Positions 46,641-54,827 of a DNA stretch of 64,000 nucleotides are shown piece after piece. The stretch's first letter is position 1. The number at the start of each line of letters is the position of its first letter. Source of the stretch: Candidatus Falkowbacteria bacterium RIFOXYA2_FULL_47_19. Its GTDB lineage: Bacteria > Patescibacteriota > Patescibacteriia > Patescibacteriales > UBA12075. Both the position numbers and the translations under genes were made by a program. The notes beneath the pieces were generated by a model. It did not search any database. It was not told where the DNA came from and saw nothing but the letters and a program-made list of their open reading frames with translations. The stretch lies in the NCBI GenBank assembly GCA_001780275.1, contig MFGB01000006.1, positions 1,756-65,755 on the forward strand, written 5' to 3'.

Positions 46641-47135
46641 ATGAAAAAATTTTTCCGAAAAATATCCGGTCTGGGCCGTGATAACCCGATCAATTTAGCG
46701 GATGAAAAAGCCGATTCCGAGAATGAGGAAGTTTACGAAGAATTGGACAAAGAGCTGGAAGCCGGGGAAGAAGAGGAGAAAGAATGGCTGGGAGAAGAAT
46801 ATGAAGAGGGTCAATTATCCATAGATGTTTATCAAACCCCCAAAGATCTGGTGGTAAAATCGACCATTGCCGGCGTAAAACCGGATGATATCGATATCTC
46901 GATCAATAATGACATGCTGACCATCCGGGGTAAACGGGAAATGCAGGATAACATAAAAGAGGAAAACTATCTTTACCGGGAATGTTATTGGGGCTCTTTC
47001 TCGCGCTCTATTATCCTGCCCCTGGAAATAGAACCCGATAAGATAGAGGCGTTCCTGGAAAATGGGATTCTGACAATAGTCCTTCCGAAAGCTAAAAGCG
47101 CCAAAGAAATTTCCATAAAAGTAAGGGAAAAATAA
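46641..47135 (+). CDS. Hsp20/alpha-crystallin small heat-shock protein
   Basis: Acidic N-terminus followed by an alpha-crystallin domain (DVYQT.KDLVV...IAGVKP.DIDI......L.I.G.R...F.R...LP......I.A...NGILTI.LPK). Confidence 0.85.
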   Translation: MKKFFRKISGLGRDNPINLADEKADSENEEVYEELDKELEAGEEEEKEWLGEEYEEGQLSIDVYQTPKDLVVKSTIAGVKPDDIDISINNDMLTIRGKREMQDNIKEENYLYRECYWGSFSRSIILPLEIEPDKIEAFLENGILTIVLPKAKSAKEISIKVREK

Positions 47136-47152
47136 AATTTTAGCGGCTATTT

Positions 47153-47368
47153 ATGCGCCTCAACCTAATTATCGACCGCTTTGAGGGAGACAAGGTGGTG
47201 TTTAAAACTGAAAACAACGCGACGATCGTTTGGCCCAAGGATGCCCTGCCGGAAAATATCCACGAGGGCATGGTTTTAACTTTTACGATAAACAACTCTA
47301 ACGGCAAAGAAGATAACGACAAGCGGCTGGCCAAGGATATATTGAACGAAATTCTACAGCCGGAATAA
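47153..47368 (+). CDS. DUF3006-like small protein
   Basis: IIDRFEGDKVVF.......I.WPKDALPE.IHEGMVL matches the DUF3006 pattern as I recall it. Confidence 0.55.
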   Translation: MRLNLIIDRFEGDKVVFKTENNATIVWPKDALPENIHEGMVLTFTINNSNGKEDNDKRLAKDILNEILQPE

Positions 47369-47371
47369 TTT

Positions 47372-49237
47372 ATGGCCGGAGAAAAAAAGGAAAAAAAACA
47401 TCTTTTCTTAGAATGGTTACTGACTGTCATGGCCATTTTTTTTGTATTGGCCGTTTGTTTGTCTGCCGCTTATTGGCGATACTCCGAAAAATACGCCGAT
47501 AAGATATACCCAGGCGTGCATGCCGGCCGATACGACCTTTCCGGGTTGACGCGGGATGAGGCAAAAAGCATCATGAACCAAAAAACCGATATTATCCACA
47601 AGCAAGGGATTATTTTTTCTCACGGCCAATATCGCGCTTCCCTCTTTCCGCTCATATCTTCCGTCGAAGGAGATCTGGCTTACCGGATATTCGATTTCGA
47701 TATCGAAAAAAACGCGGAAGACGCTTATGCCTTCGGCCGGAAGGGCGGCTTTTACGATAATTTAAAGGCGCGGCTGAGGTCCCTGCTTATTCCGTATCGT
47801 TTCGATATATATTACATTATCAACGAAAAGGAGGCGGAAAAATTCCTGAACGAAAATTTCTCGCGCTTCGTGGAGTCGGCGAAAGACGCCCGGTTGGTAA
47901 TTAACGCCGCCGACGCGAATAACCTGAAATTTTCCATCGAAGCGGAAAAGATCGGACAAAGTATCGACTATCAAAAGACGGTCGATTTACTGAAAAGAAA
48001 TTTGGGAATACTCGATAATAATCCGATCGAAGTGATCACTGACATCGACTATCCTAAAATTTATGAAAGCGATTGTCTGAATATCGAGTCTCAAGCGGAA
48101 AAAATGCTTTCGGCGGCGCCTGTTTCCCTCGCGTACGGTTCCGACGTCTGGCAGGTAAACTTCAGCCATCTGACCGACTGGATCGTACTTAGACCCGGTC
48201 CGGGCACCGGACAAGAAGACAAGGTGGTGGTCGGCCTTGATCCGGCAAAAGGGAAAAGGTTCATATCTGAATGGGTGGCGCCCAAAATAGACCGCCCCGC
48301 GCAAAACGCCAAATTCGAAATCAAGGACGGCCGGGTAGCCGAATTCCAGGCAAGCCGGGACGGCTTAGAGCTTAACATAAACGAAAGCTTCGATCGGCTG
48401 GAAGCGGAATTACGTGAAGGCCGCAATCGGGTGGAGTTGGTGGTCGGTGACAAAAAAAGCGCTCTGCAAACCGAAGAGATCAATAATTTAGGCATTAAAG
48501 AAATAATCGGTACCGGCCATTCGAATTTTTCCGGTTCGCCTGCCAATCGCCGCCACAACATAAAAACAGGCGCCAATTCCTTGAACGGCGTTCTTATAAA
48601 ACCGGGAGAAGAATTTTCGCTGATAACGACCCTGGGGAATATCGATAAAGAGGGCGGTTATCTGCCGGAACTTGTCATCAAAGACAACAAAACCGTTCCG
48701 GAATACGGGGGTGGTCTCTGCCAGATCGGCACGACCATGTTCCGGGCGACGCTTAAAACCGGCCTGCCGGTTACCATGCGGCGCAATCACTCATACCGGG
48801 TGTCGTATTACGAGCCCGCCGGAACGGACGCCACTATCTATAACCCCTGGCCGGATTATAAATTCATAAATGATACCGGAAACCATATCCTGATCCAGGC
48901 GCGCATCGAGGGGGACGATCTTTATTTCGATTTCTGGGGAACCCGTGACGGACGGAAGGCGGAGACGACTGAACCTGTCATAAATAATATCGTCAAACCG
49001 GCGCCGACAAAATTCATCGAAACCCTTGATCTTAAGCCAGGGCAAAAAAAATGCACCGAACACGCCCACAACGGCGCCGATGCGTCATTCGATTACACTG
49101 TTACCTACGCCGACGGAAAGGTTGAGGAAAAAACTTTCAAATCCCATTATGTGCCCTGGCGCGAGGTCTGTCTTATCGGTGTTGAAAAACTATCGACGGA
49201 CACGGCCACTTCTTCGCCCGAAGCGATTCCGCGATGA
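47372..49237 (+). CDS. VanW-family protein, membrane anchored
   Basis: N-terminal TM segment. The C-terminal VanW core reads GGGLCQIGTTMFRA....GLP...R.NHSYRVSYY. Confidence 0.8.
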   Translation: MAGEKKEKKHLFLEWLLTVMAIFFVLAVCLSAAYWRYSEKYADKIYPGVHAGRYDLSGLTRDEAKSIMNQKTDIIHKQGIIFSHGQYRASLFPLISSVEGDLAYRIFDFDIEKNAEDAYAFGRKGGFYDNLKARLRSLLIPYRFDIYYIINEKEAEKFLNENFSRFVESAKDARLVINAADANNLKFSIEAEKIGQSIDYQKTVDLLKRNLGILDNNPIEVITDIDYPKIYESDCLNIESQAEKMLSAAPVSLAYGSDVWQVNFSHLTDWIVLRPGPGTGQEDKVVVGLDPAKGKRFISEWVAPKIDRPAQNAKFEIKDGRVAEFQASRDGLELNINESFDRLEAELREGRNRVELVVGDKKSALQTEEINNLGIKEIIGTGHSNFSGSPANRRHNIKTGANSLNGVLIKPGEEFSLITTLGNIDKEGGYLPELVIKDNKTVPEYGGGLCQIGTTMFRATLKTGLPVTMRRNHSYRVSYYEPAGTDATIYNPWPDYKFINDTGNHILIQARIEGDDLYFDFWGTRDGRKAETTEPVINNIVKPAPTKFIETLDLKPGQKKCTEHAHNGADASFDYTVTYADGKVEEKTFKSHYVPWREVCLIGVEKLSTDTATSSPEAIPR

Positions 49238-49262
49238 TCGATCGATAACTATTTAAAATAAG

Positions 49263-49299
49263 CGACAGAGACGAGGCGTGCCTCGTCTCTGCTGTTTTT
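49263..49299 (+). terminator. VanW-gene terminator (GTAGAGACG-family hairpin)
   Basis: cagagacgagg-cgtg-cctcgtctctg, followed by ctgttttt. Confidence 0.8.
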
Positions 49300-49305
49300 A
49301 GCCAA

Positions 49306-49453
49306 CAAAAAAAGACCAACTAAAGCGGCCAGGCAAGAAATTTTCGTCAGGAAAAACTTAGTTCTAGAACCGAATTTTTCCTAACAGAAAGATCCCCATG
49401 CTTGTCGTGCCTGTGCCGCTTTAACCGGCCTTTTATTTAAAAATTCAAGTTAA
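49306..49453 (-). ncRNA. Candidate ~145-nt rod-like sRNA of unknown class
   Basis: Closing helix is 49313-49333 with 49411-49432. All of its non-Watson-Crick positions are G.U only on the minus strand. A 7-U tail follows on the minus strand, and a promoter sits directly upstream. Confidence 0.45.
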
Positions 49454-49459
49454 TATATC

Positions 49460-49488
49460 ATCTTAGCACACCACAGAAAAGTTGTCAA
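49460..49488 (-). promoter_or_regulatory. Sigma-70-type promoter: TTGACA, 17-nt spacer, TAAGAT
   Basis: The minus strand reads ttgacaacttttctgtggtgtgctaagat. Confidence 0.5.
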
Positions 49489-49649
49489 GACTTAAATGCC
49501 ACAATAAAAATATTTTATTTAAAACTAGCAAAAAAATTATATTATTTTTACCTATACTACGATATAATGAAAGTATAACAACACTTTATTAATGAAAAAT
49601 TAAAAAAAACCGCCTATAATCAAGACGGTTCGCGAACAGGATTTAACAA

Positions 49650-50927
49650 TCAAATTAGCTTAGCCTGTCCCCTTTCTTCGTCCGTAAAAATCCTGACCCG
49701 ACCGTATTGCCCGTCAAAACCGGGCTCGATCCGCAACCGGCCCTCCCTTACCCGGCGTATACCCTCGACAACGGCCGGCGATAAGCCCCCGGCTAAACTC
49801 TCGATCGGTTCGTCAAGAAGAACGTTTGTTTCGTTGCCATATCTCCCGATAATATCATTGTATTCGGCTTGCACTTTGACGGACGTCCGGCTCTTTACCC
49901 CTAACGCTTCGGCGATGATCTTATCGAGTTCGACCAATTTCCTCGCTCCCGGCGCTCCCGCGGGCTTAAAACCTTCTTTCCGGTCGGCGAGCTCTTCCAC
50001 CCGGTTAAGGACACCGACCACCAGCGGTTTTTTACATTTAGGACAAATATTTTTATGCTTTTTCGTTTCGGCGGGCGTAAAGCGCACGCCGCAATCACGA
50101 TGGCCGTCGAAATGATACATGCCTTCTTCCGGATAAAACTCGATCGTATAATCCAGGTAGGATTTACCGGTTGTAGAGACGCCCCGGCGGGGCGTCTCTA
50201 CGCCTTTTATGACATCATGCAATTCATCATAAGCAACCTTTTCCAGCTCGAAAACGTTGGCCTCGCGGGCGATATTAGGAAGCGAGTGGGCGTCGGAATT
50301 CGACAAAAGCGTAAATTTATCCAGGGCCGAAAGCCGCCAGTTCATCTCCGGATCGGAAGACAGGCCGGTTTCATATGCGTAAATATCTTTCGTGTATTCC
50401 CCGAAGCATTCTTCCATGGTGTCAAAACCGGATTTTGATCCGAAGACCGAAAACCATGGCGTCCAGATATGCGCCGGATAGACGAGGAATTTCGGATGAA
50501 TAGAGAGACAAAGTTTCATTAATTCCTCTGCGCTCATGCCGAGTATCGGCCGTCCGTCCGAACGGATATTGTAATGCTTATCCAGGTATTTATTTAATTC
50601 TTCCGCGGCCGCGACATTCGGGGCGGTCACAACGATATGTATCCGCCGGCAGCGGTCATTTTTTTTATATATTAAAGCCAATTCAGTCGATAAAATGAAT
50701 TTTATCTTATCGTCCGGCGCCGTTTTCAATTTATATAATCCGCCGTTTTTTATCTCTTCCAGTTCGTTTTTTATGGAAGCAAACCAGTCCGGAAAAGTAA
50801 AATCACCGGTGGCGATGATATCGACTCCCTTGATCCGGCAGGCCTTATCAATATTTTCCAAAGTCAGATCCTTGGAGCAGGCCCGCGAATATTTCGAATG
50901 GATATGCAGATCGGCTATCTGGCGCAT
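49650..50927 (-). CDS. Endonuclease Q-like protein (PHP-type metal-binding N-terminus plus Zn-finger)
   Basis: ADLHIHSKYSRACS at the N-terminus, then ATGDFTFPDW, and the Cys cluster DCG...CPKCKKPL. The track start at 50954 is a TTG; an ATG is present at 50925-50927. The CDS contains an in-frame palindrome at 50173-50201. Confidence 0.6.
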   Translation of the reverse strand: MRQIADLHIHSKYSRACSKDLTLENIDKACRIKGVDIIATGDFTFPDWFASIKNELEEIKNGGLYKLKTAPDDKIKFILSTELALIYKKNDRCRRIHIVVTAPNVAAAEELNKYLDKHYNIRSDGRPILGMSAEELMKLCLSIHPKFLVYPAHIWTPWFSVFGSKSGFDTMEECFGEYTKDIYAYETGLSSDPEMNWRLSALDKFTLLSNSDAHSLPNIAREANVFELEKVAYDELHDVIKGVETPRRGVSTTGKSYLDYTIEFYPEEGMYHFDGHRDCGVRFTPAETKKHKNICPKCKKPLVVGVLNRVEELADRKEGFKPAGAPGARKLVELDKIIAEALGVKSRTSVKVQAEYNDIIGRYGNETNVLLDEPIESLAGGLSPAVVEGIRRVREGRLRIEPGFDGQYGRVRIFTDEERGQAKLI

Positions 50928-50932
50928 AAATT

Positions 50933-51319
50933 TTATGGCTTTAATTGCTCGCAATTTTCCTTGTCGTGCATATAAATTCCCTGGATTTCATACAGTTTTT
51001 CTTTCGGCACCTGACATTGTCCGTCAATGATTTTCTTGCTACACTCCTCGTCATATTTGGCCCGGTATTCCTCGTAAGCCTTTTTTAGACATTTGATATA
51101 TTCCTCTTCTTTGCTGTTCACACTATCGCGCGCTTCTTCTTCCGTTTTTTCCGTCTCTATTGTCCCGATCCGCTCCCCCTGCTCCGCGGTCTTTTTAAGC
51201 CGGTGATCAACATAAGCTGCTAAAGAAAAATAAATAATCGCGCCAGTAACGAATAAAACCAAAAACGCTTTAAACAAAAATATCATGACTTTCGATAAAT
51301 ATTCAAAAAACTTCTCCAT
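50933..51319 (-). CDS. Hypothetical membrane-anchored 128-aa protein
   Basis: One TM segment (IFLFKAFLVLFVTGAIIYFSLAAYV) and a charged Cys-containing C-terminal region. Confidence 0.45.
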   Translation of the reverse strand: MEKFFEYLSKVMIFLFKAFLVLFVTGAIIYFSLAAYVDHRLKKTAEQGERIGTIETEKTEEEARDSVNSKEEEYIKCLKKAYEEYRAKYDEECSKKIIDGQCQVPKEKLYEIQGIYMHDKENCEQLKP

Positions 51320-51364
51320 ATCGTACTATAAAAATAGGATCATATTAAAACCGACGGCATAAAT

Positions 51365-52111
51365 TTATTCGGAAATACTCCACAAATAATCGTAAAGACT
51401 CCGGAAGCTTTCGACTATCTCGCGGTTTTTGATTGCCGTCACGAAGGGCGGATGGCCGGAGAAAAGCACCAGGGTTTTCCCTATGAGCCAAAGCGAAGCG
51501 GAAAATCCGATCGTCGGCGGCATTTCTTTGATAACGATATTCTGCGTCCTGATCTTGTCCGGATTTATAGTCTTTAGGGTTCGATACGGCACGAGCGTGC
51601 GCGTGCTCATACCCTTTTTATTCTTAAGACCGACAAGGATCTTTCCATACTCGCGCGACAGCACTTTATCGTAGTTGCCGGCGCTGGGACAATCGATGGT
51701 GCAGATCAAGCTTTTTGCCGGCGCATCGCTTAAGATTTTGGCGATGAATGTTTTTATGGATTTCTTGGTATCAAAAACGAGGGTGCCGGGAAAATCGGCT
51801 TCGCTGCGATAAAGGCCGGCCAGGCTTTTCCCGAGCTCCTCCGCGATCTTTACCTTATTTTCCATTATACTCTTGATCGTCTGCGGAGATTCTATCCAGT
51901 AGTAGGTGGTGCCGCGGTATTTATGCGTCGTGATATAGCCGCTTTCCCTGAATTTTTCCAGGATGCTTATGGCCGTGGTCCGCGGCATATCGGCCTTTTT
52001 CGCGATATTGGCCGCGCTCGATTCGCCTAGTTCGGTCAGGGCGATATAAACGCTTATTTCATTTTCCGAAAAACCCAGTTCCCCGAGGCTTTTTTTGATC
52101 TTGGAAATCAT
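51365..52111 (-). CDS. TrmB-family transcriptional regulator
   Basis: N-terminal winged HTH: LGFSENEISVYIALTELGESSAANIAKKADMPRTTAISILEKFRESGYI. Confidence 0.75.
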   Translation of the reverse strand: MISKIKKSLGELGFSENEISVYIALTELGESSAANIAKKADMPRTTAISILEKFRESGYITTHKYRGTTYYWIESPQTIKSIMENKVKIAEELGKSLAGLYRSEADFPGTLVFDTKKSIKTFIAKILSDAPAKSLICTIDCPSAGNYDKVLSREYGKILVGLKNKKGMSTRTLVPYRTLKTINPDKIRTQNIVIKEMPPTIGFSASLWLIGKTLVLFSGHPPFVTAIKNREIVESFRSLYDYLWSISE

Positions 52112-52294
52112 GCTGTTTTGCTGTCGAAAATTTACGACAGTTTATTTTATATTTTTTGCTAAAATAAGGAAACATCTGTTTTTTCTTTAAACAACTCCTG
52201 CTTTCCGGCATTTTTTCCTGTTTTAATTATATACTTAAATACAGATCTTTGACAAGCTTATCTTTTTAAAAATTTAAAAAGAAAGGAGAAAAAT

Positions 52295-53368
52295 ATGGAA
52301 AACATATTCATCTATCCGGGGACCTTCTGCCCGCCGACCTATGGCCATCTCCATATTTTAAAAAAAGCCTGCGAAATATTCCCCCTGGTAAGGGTCGTAT
52401 GTTCGGATAACGACAGAAAAAAAGACCGATGGTTTCCGGCCTACGAATGCGCCCGCTTATGGAAAGCTTACCGCCTTCCGGAAAACGCCCGGGTAAACAC
52501 CTTGGACGAACTTAAAAAAGAGAATATCGATCCGGACCGCTTAACTATGATCAGGGGAATACGCGGACAGGAAGATATAAACCATGAAACAGAGGTGATG
52601 GAACTTAATACCCGGGATTTCGGGATAAGCAGATACTTTTTTATTTACGCCGATCCGGCATACGCGCGCGTCTCATCCAGCGCGGTCAGACAAGCGGCGA
52701 AGAATTTCGAACTCGAAAAATTGTCCGCCTTTGCTTCGCCTCTGATCATCTCGTGCCTTTTGGAAAAGATCCTTCATATCGAAAATCTTTTTTTGGTAGT
52801 CGGTCCGCCGGCAAGCGGAAAATCCACGCTTATGAAAATACTCGGGGAAATTGACGGGGGCAACCTCCATATCGATACGGATAAATTCAGCGAGAAACTT
52901 AAACCGCTCCTTCGGGAGTATTTTCCCGGGCAAGACCTCGTCGAGCTGGCGCTAAAACAGAGTGAAATATTAAAAAAGACGATCGGGCCGGCCTGGCTGG
53001 AGCTCCTTAAGGATTCTTTGCGGCATATACGGAACAAGGCCAACGTATTGGTAGAAATTCCCTATGGCCTGGAAAAAGACAAGAATATGTTCAGATTCCT
53101 GGGCGGCAAGATAATTTTCGTCGGCTGCGGAAACAAAAAAATAAATCTGGAAAGGAATAAAAAGAGAGCCACTCCCGAGCTGGAACCTTTTATCGAAAAA
53201 ATACCCGGCCGAAAGGAAACAGTCCGTATCGCGAAAAAGAAAGGATTGTACGTTTATACCCTGGACACGAACTGCTCTCTGGCCGAATTGAGGCAAATGG
53301 CGCATAAACTGAACGCAAAATTCGCTTTTACCGATCTTGATATTTACGGAGGGACGAAAAATGGATGA
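52295..53368 (+). CDS. coaD: Phosphopantetheine adenylyltransferase (CoaD) fused to a C-terminal P-loop kinase-like domain
   Basis: N-terminal half: YPGTFCPPTYGHLHIL, IRGIRG..D...E..M...N and VSSSAVRQ. C-terminal half: Walker A VVGPPASGKSTL. A strong SD (aaaggagaa) precedes the ATG. Confidence 0.75.
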   Translation: MENIFIYPGTFCPPTYGHLHILKKACEIFPLVRVVCSDNDRKKDRWFPAYECARLWKAYRLPENARVNTLDELKKENIDPDRLTMIRGIRGQEDINHETEVMELNTRDFGISRYFFIYADPAYARVSSSAVRQAAKNFELEKLSAFASPLIISCLLEKILHIENLFLVVGPPASGKSTLMKILGEIDGGNLHIDTDKFSEKLKPLLREYFPGQDLVELALKQSEILKKTIGPAWLELLKDSLRHIRNKANVLVEIPYGLEKDKNMFRFLGGKIIFVGCGNKKINLERNKKRATPELEPFIEKIPGRKETVRIAKKKGLYVYTLDTNCSLAELRQMAHKLNAKFAFTDLDIYGGTKNG

Positions 53369-53762
53369 ATTGATTTTTCCGGTTTTACTCGCCCATTTTG
53401 CCGGGGACTATTGGCTGCAGACGAAAAACATGGCCTTAAACAAATCGAAAAAAGGCGTCAGAGGCATACTGACCTGTTGCCTTCACTCCCTTGTCTATAC
53501 CGCCTGCTTCTGCGCTTTTCTTCGGACACCGGACCCCTGGCTGGCGGTCCTCATATTCCTGAGCCATTATCCGCTCGATCGCTGGTCTTTGGCGGAAAAA
53601 TGGCTCAAACTGATTAACGGCCGGAACGTCATGGGCGCATTCCTGTCGCGCGATAAATACCGGGAAATAGATCTTTCGTTTTCCTGTATAGTCTATGCTG
53701 TAACCGATAATTCCATGCACCTCTTCCTTATCTGGCTCATTATAAAATTCATTTCTTTTTAA
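53361..53762 (+). CDS. DUF3307-like membrane protein
   Basis: LLAHFAGDYWLQT motif with about 4 TM segments. The ATG at 53361 is preceded by ggaggga and overlaps the upstream stop. Confidence 0.55.
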   Translation: MDELIFPVLLAHFAGDYWLQTKNMALNKSKKGVRGILTCCLHSLVYTACFCAFLRTPDPWLAVLIFLSHYPLDRWSLAEKWLKLINGRNVMGAFLSRDKYREIDLSFSCIVYAVTDNSMHLFLIWLIIKFISF

Positions 53763-53766
53763 TGCC

Positions 53767-53796
53767 AAAAACCGAACGGACAGTTCGGTTTTTTCT
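53767..53796 (+). terminator. Rho-independent terminator
   Basis: accgaac-ggaca-gttcggt followed by tttttt. Confidence 0.75.
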
Positions 53797-53876
53797 TTGC
53801 GTTCCGGGTCTTTTGTTTTTATGGATATTTCTGTATAATTAAAGATAAATAACCATGTTTAATATATAAAGCCAAT

Positions 53877-54812
53877 ATGTCTATATTAACTAATTCACTG
53901 TTGCTTTTGATCCTGTTCGCGGTCCTCGGGGTGGCTGCGGATTTCGCTGTCCGTAATATAAAATATATCGCCTCGGTCCTGAAAATGAGATTATTCGCCT
54001 TCGGGATCCTGCTTGGCCTTATTACCACCTTGCCGGAACTGTCCGTCGGCATAAACGCCACAATAGACAAGGCCGCTTCCTTATCGGCCGGAAATCTTCT
54101 GGGCGGAGTGATCGTTCTTTTCGGCCTCGTTCTGGGAACCAGCCTTTTCCTTAACCGCCAGATCGATACGGACGATAATCTAAAAACCCTTATTCCGGAA
54201 ATGGCCGTGATATTTTCTCCGGTGTTATTCGGCCTGGACGGACACTTTGGGCTTTTGGACGGCCTTATGATGATCGGCTTATATCTGGCGCTCCTCTACT
54301 ATCTCTATCGCGCCAACCATGCTTTCGGAGGTTCGCATTTTGGTCTTATAGACAAGAATAAAATCGCCCGGGCGGCGCTTTTGTCCATCTTCGGGATAAT
54401 ATTCATCCTCCTGGCTTCACATTGGATAGTGGAGATTAGCTTAAACCTATTGCGGTACTTTGGCATAAGCAAGCTGCTCATGGGAATTTTAGTTTTCTCT
54501 ATCGGAACGAATTTGCCGGAAATAACCATTACCGTGACCTCCTGGCGCAAAAAAATATCCGAACTTTCCCTGAGTCATCTCCTAAGTTCCGCATTTACCA
54601 ATACGCTTGTCCTGGGGGTTCTCGCGTCGATCCAGCCGATTTCTTTTACCCTCGGACCGGCTTACTGGATTTTGATGTTTTTCATTATCCTGTTATTGAT
54701 GTCATTCCTCTCTTTCTATCATAGCGGAAAAAAAATGGACCGGCGCGAGGGATTGATACTCCTGTTGATTTACGTGGTATTCTTGGCCGTTAATTTATTG
54801 ATAATAAAGTAA
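53877..54812 (+). CDS. Ca2+/cation antiporter (CaCA, YrbG-like) membrane protein
   Basis: Two alpha-repeat signatures are present: GNLLGG and IGTNLPE. Confidence 0.75.
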   Translation: MSILTNSLLLLILFAVLGVAADFAVRNIKYIASVLKMRLFAFGILLGLITTLPELSVGINATIDKAASLSAGNLLGGVIVLFGLVLGTSLFLNRQIDTDDNLKTLIPEMAVIFSPVLFGLDGHFGLLDGLMMIGLYLALLYYLYRANHAFGGSHFGLIDKNKIARAALLSIFGIIFILLASHWIVEISLNLLRYFGISKLLMGILVFSIGTNLPEITITVTSWRKKISELSLSHLLSSAFTNTLVLGVLASIQPISFTLGPAYWILMFFIILLLMSFLSFYHSGKKMDRREGLILLLIYVVFLAVNLLIIK

Positions 54813-54827
54813 GGTCTATCGGATATT

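Noticed and set aside
47140-47436. 98-aa minus-strand ORF
   Set aside because: It is antisense to the DUF3006-like gene and to the start of the VanW-family gene. Its product is low-complexity, and the plus-strand genes have clear motifs and tight spacing.
49313-49432. The long hairpin as merely the terminator of the VanW or EndoQ-like genes
   Set aside because: VanW has its own canonical terminator at 49263-49299 on the other strand. The hairpin lies about 220 nt past the EndoQ-like stop and is directly preceded by a TTGACA-17-TAAGAT promoter. Its role as a 3'-UTR element of the EndoQ-like mRNA cannot be excluded without transcript data.
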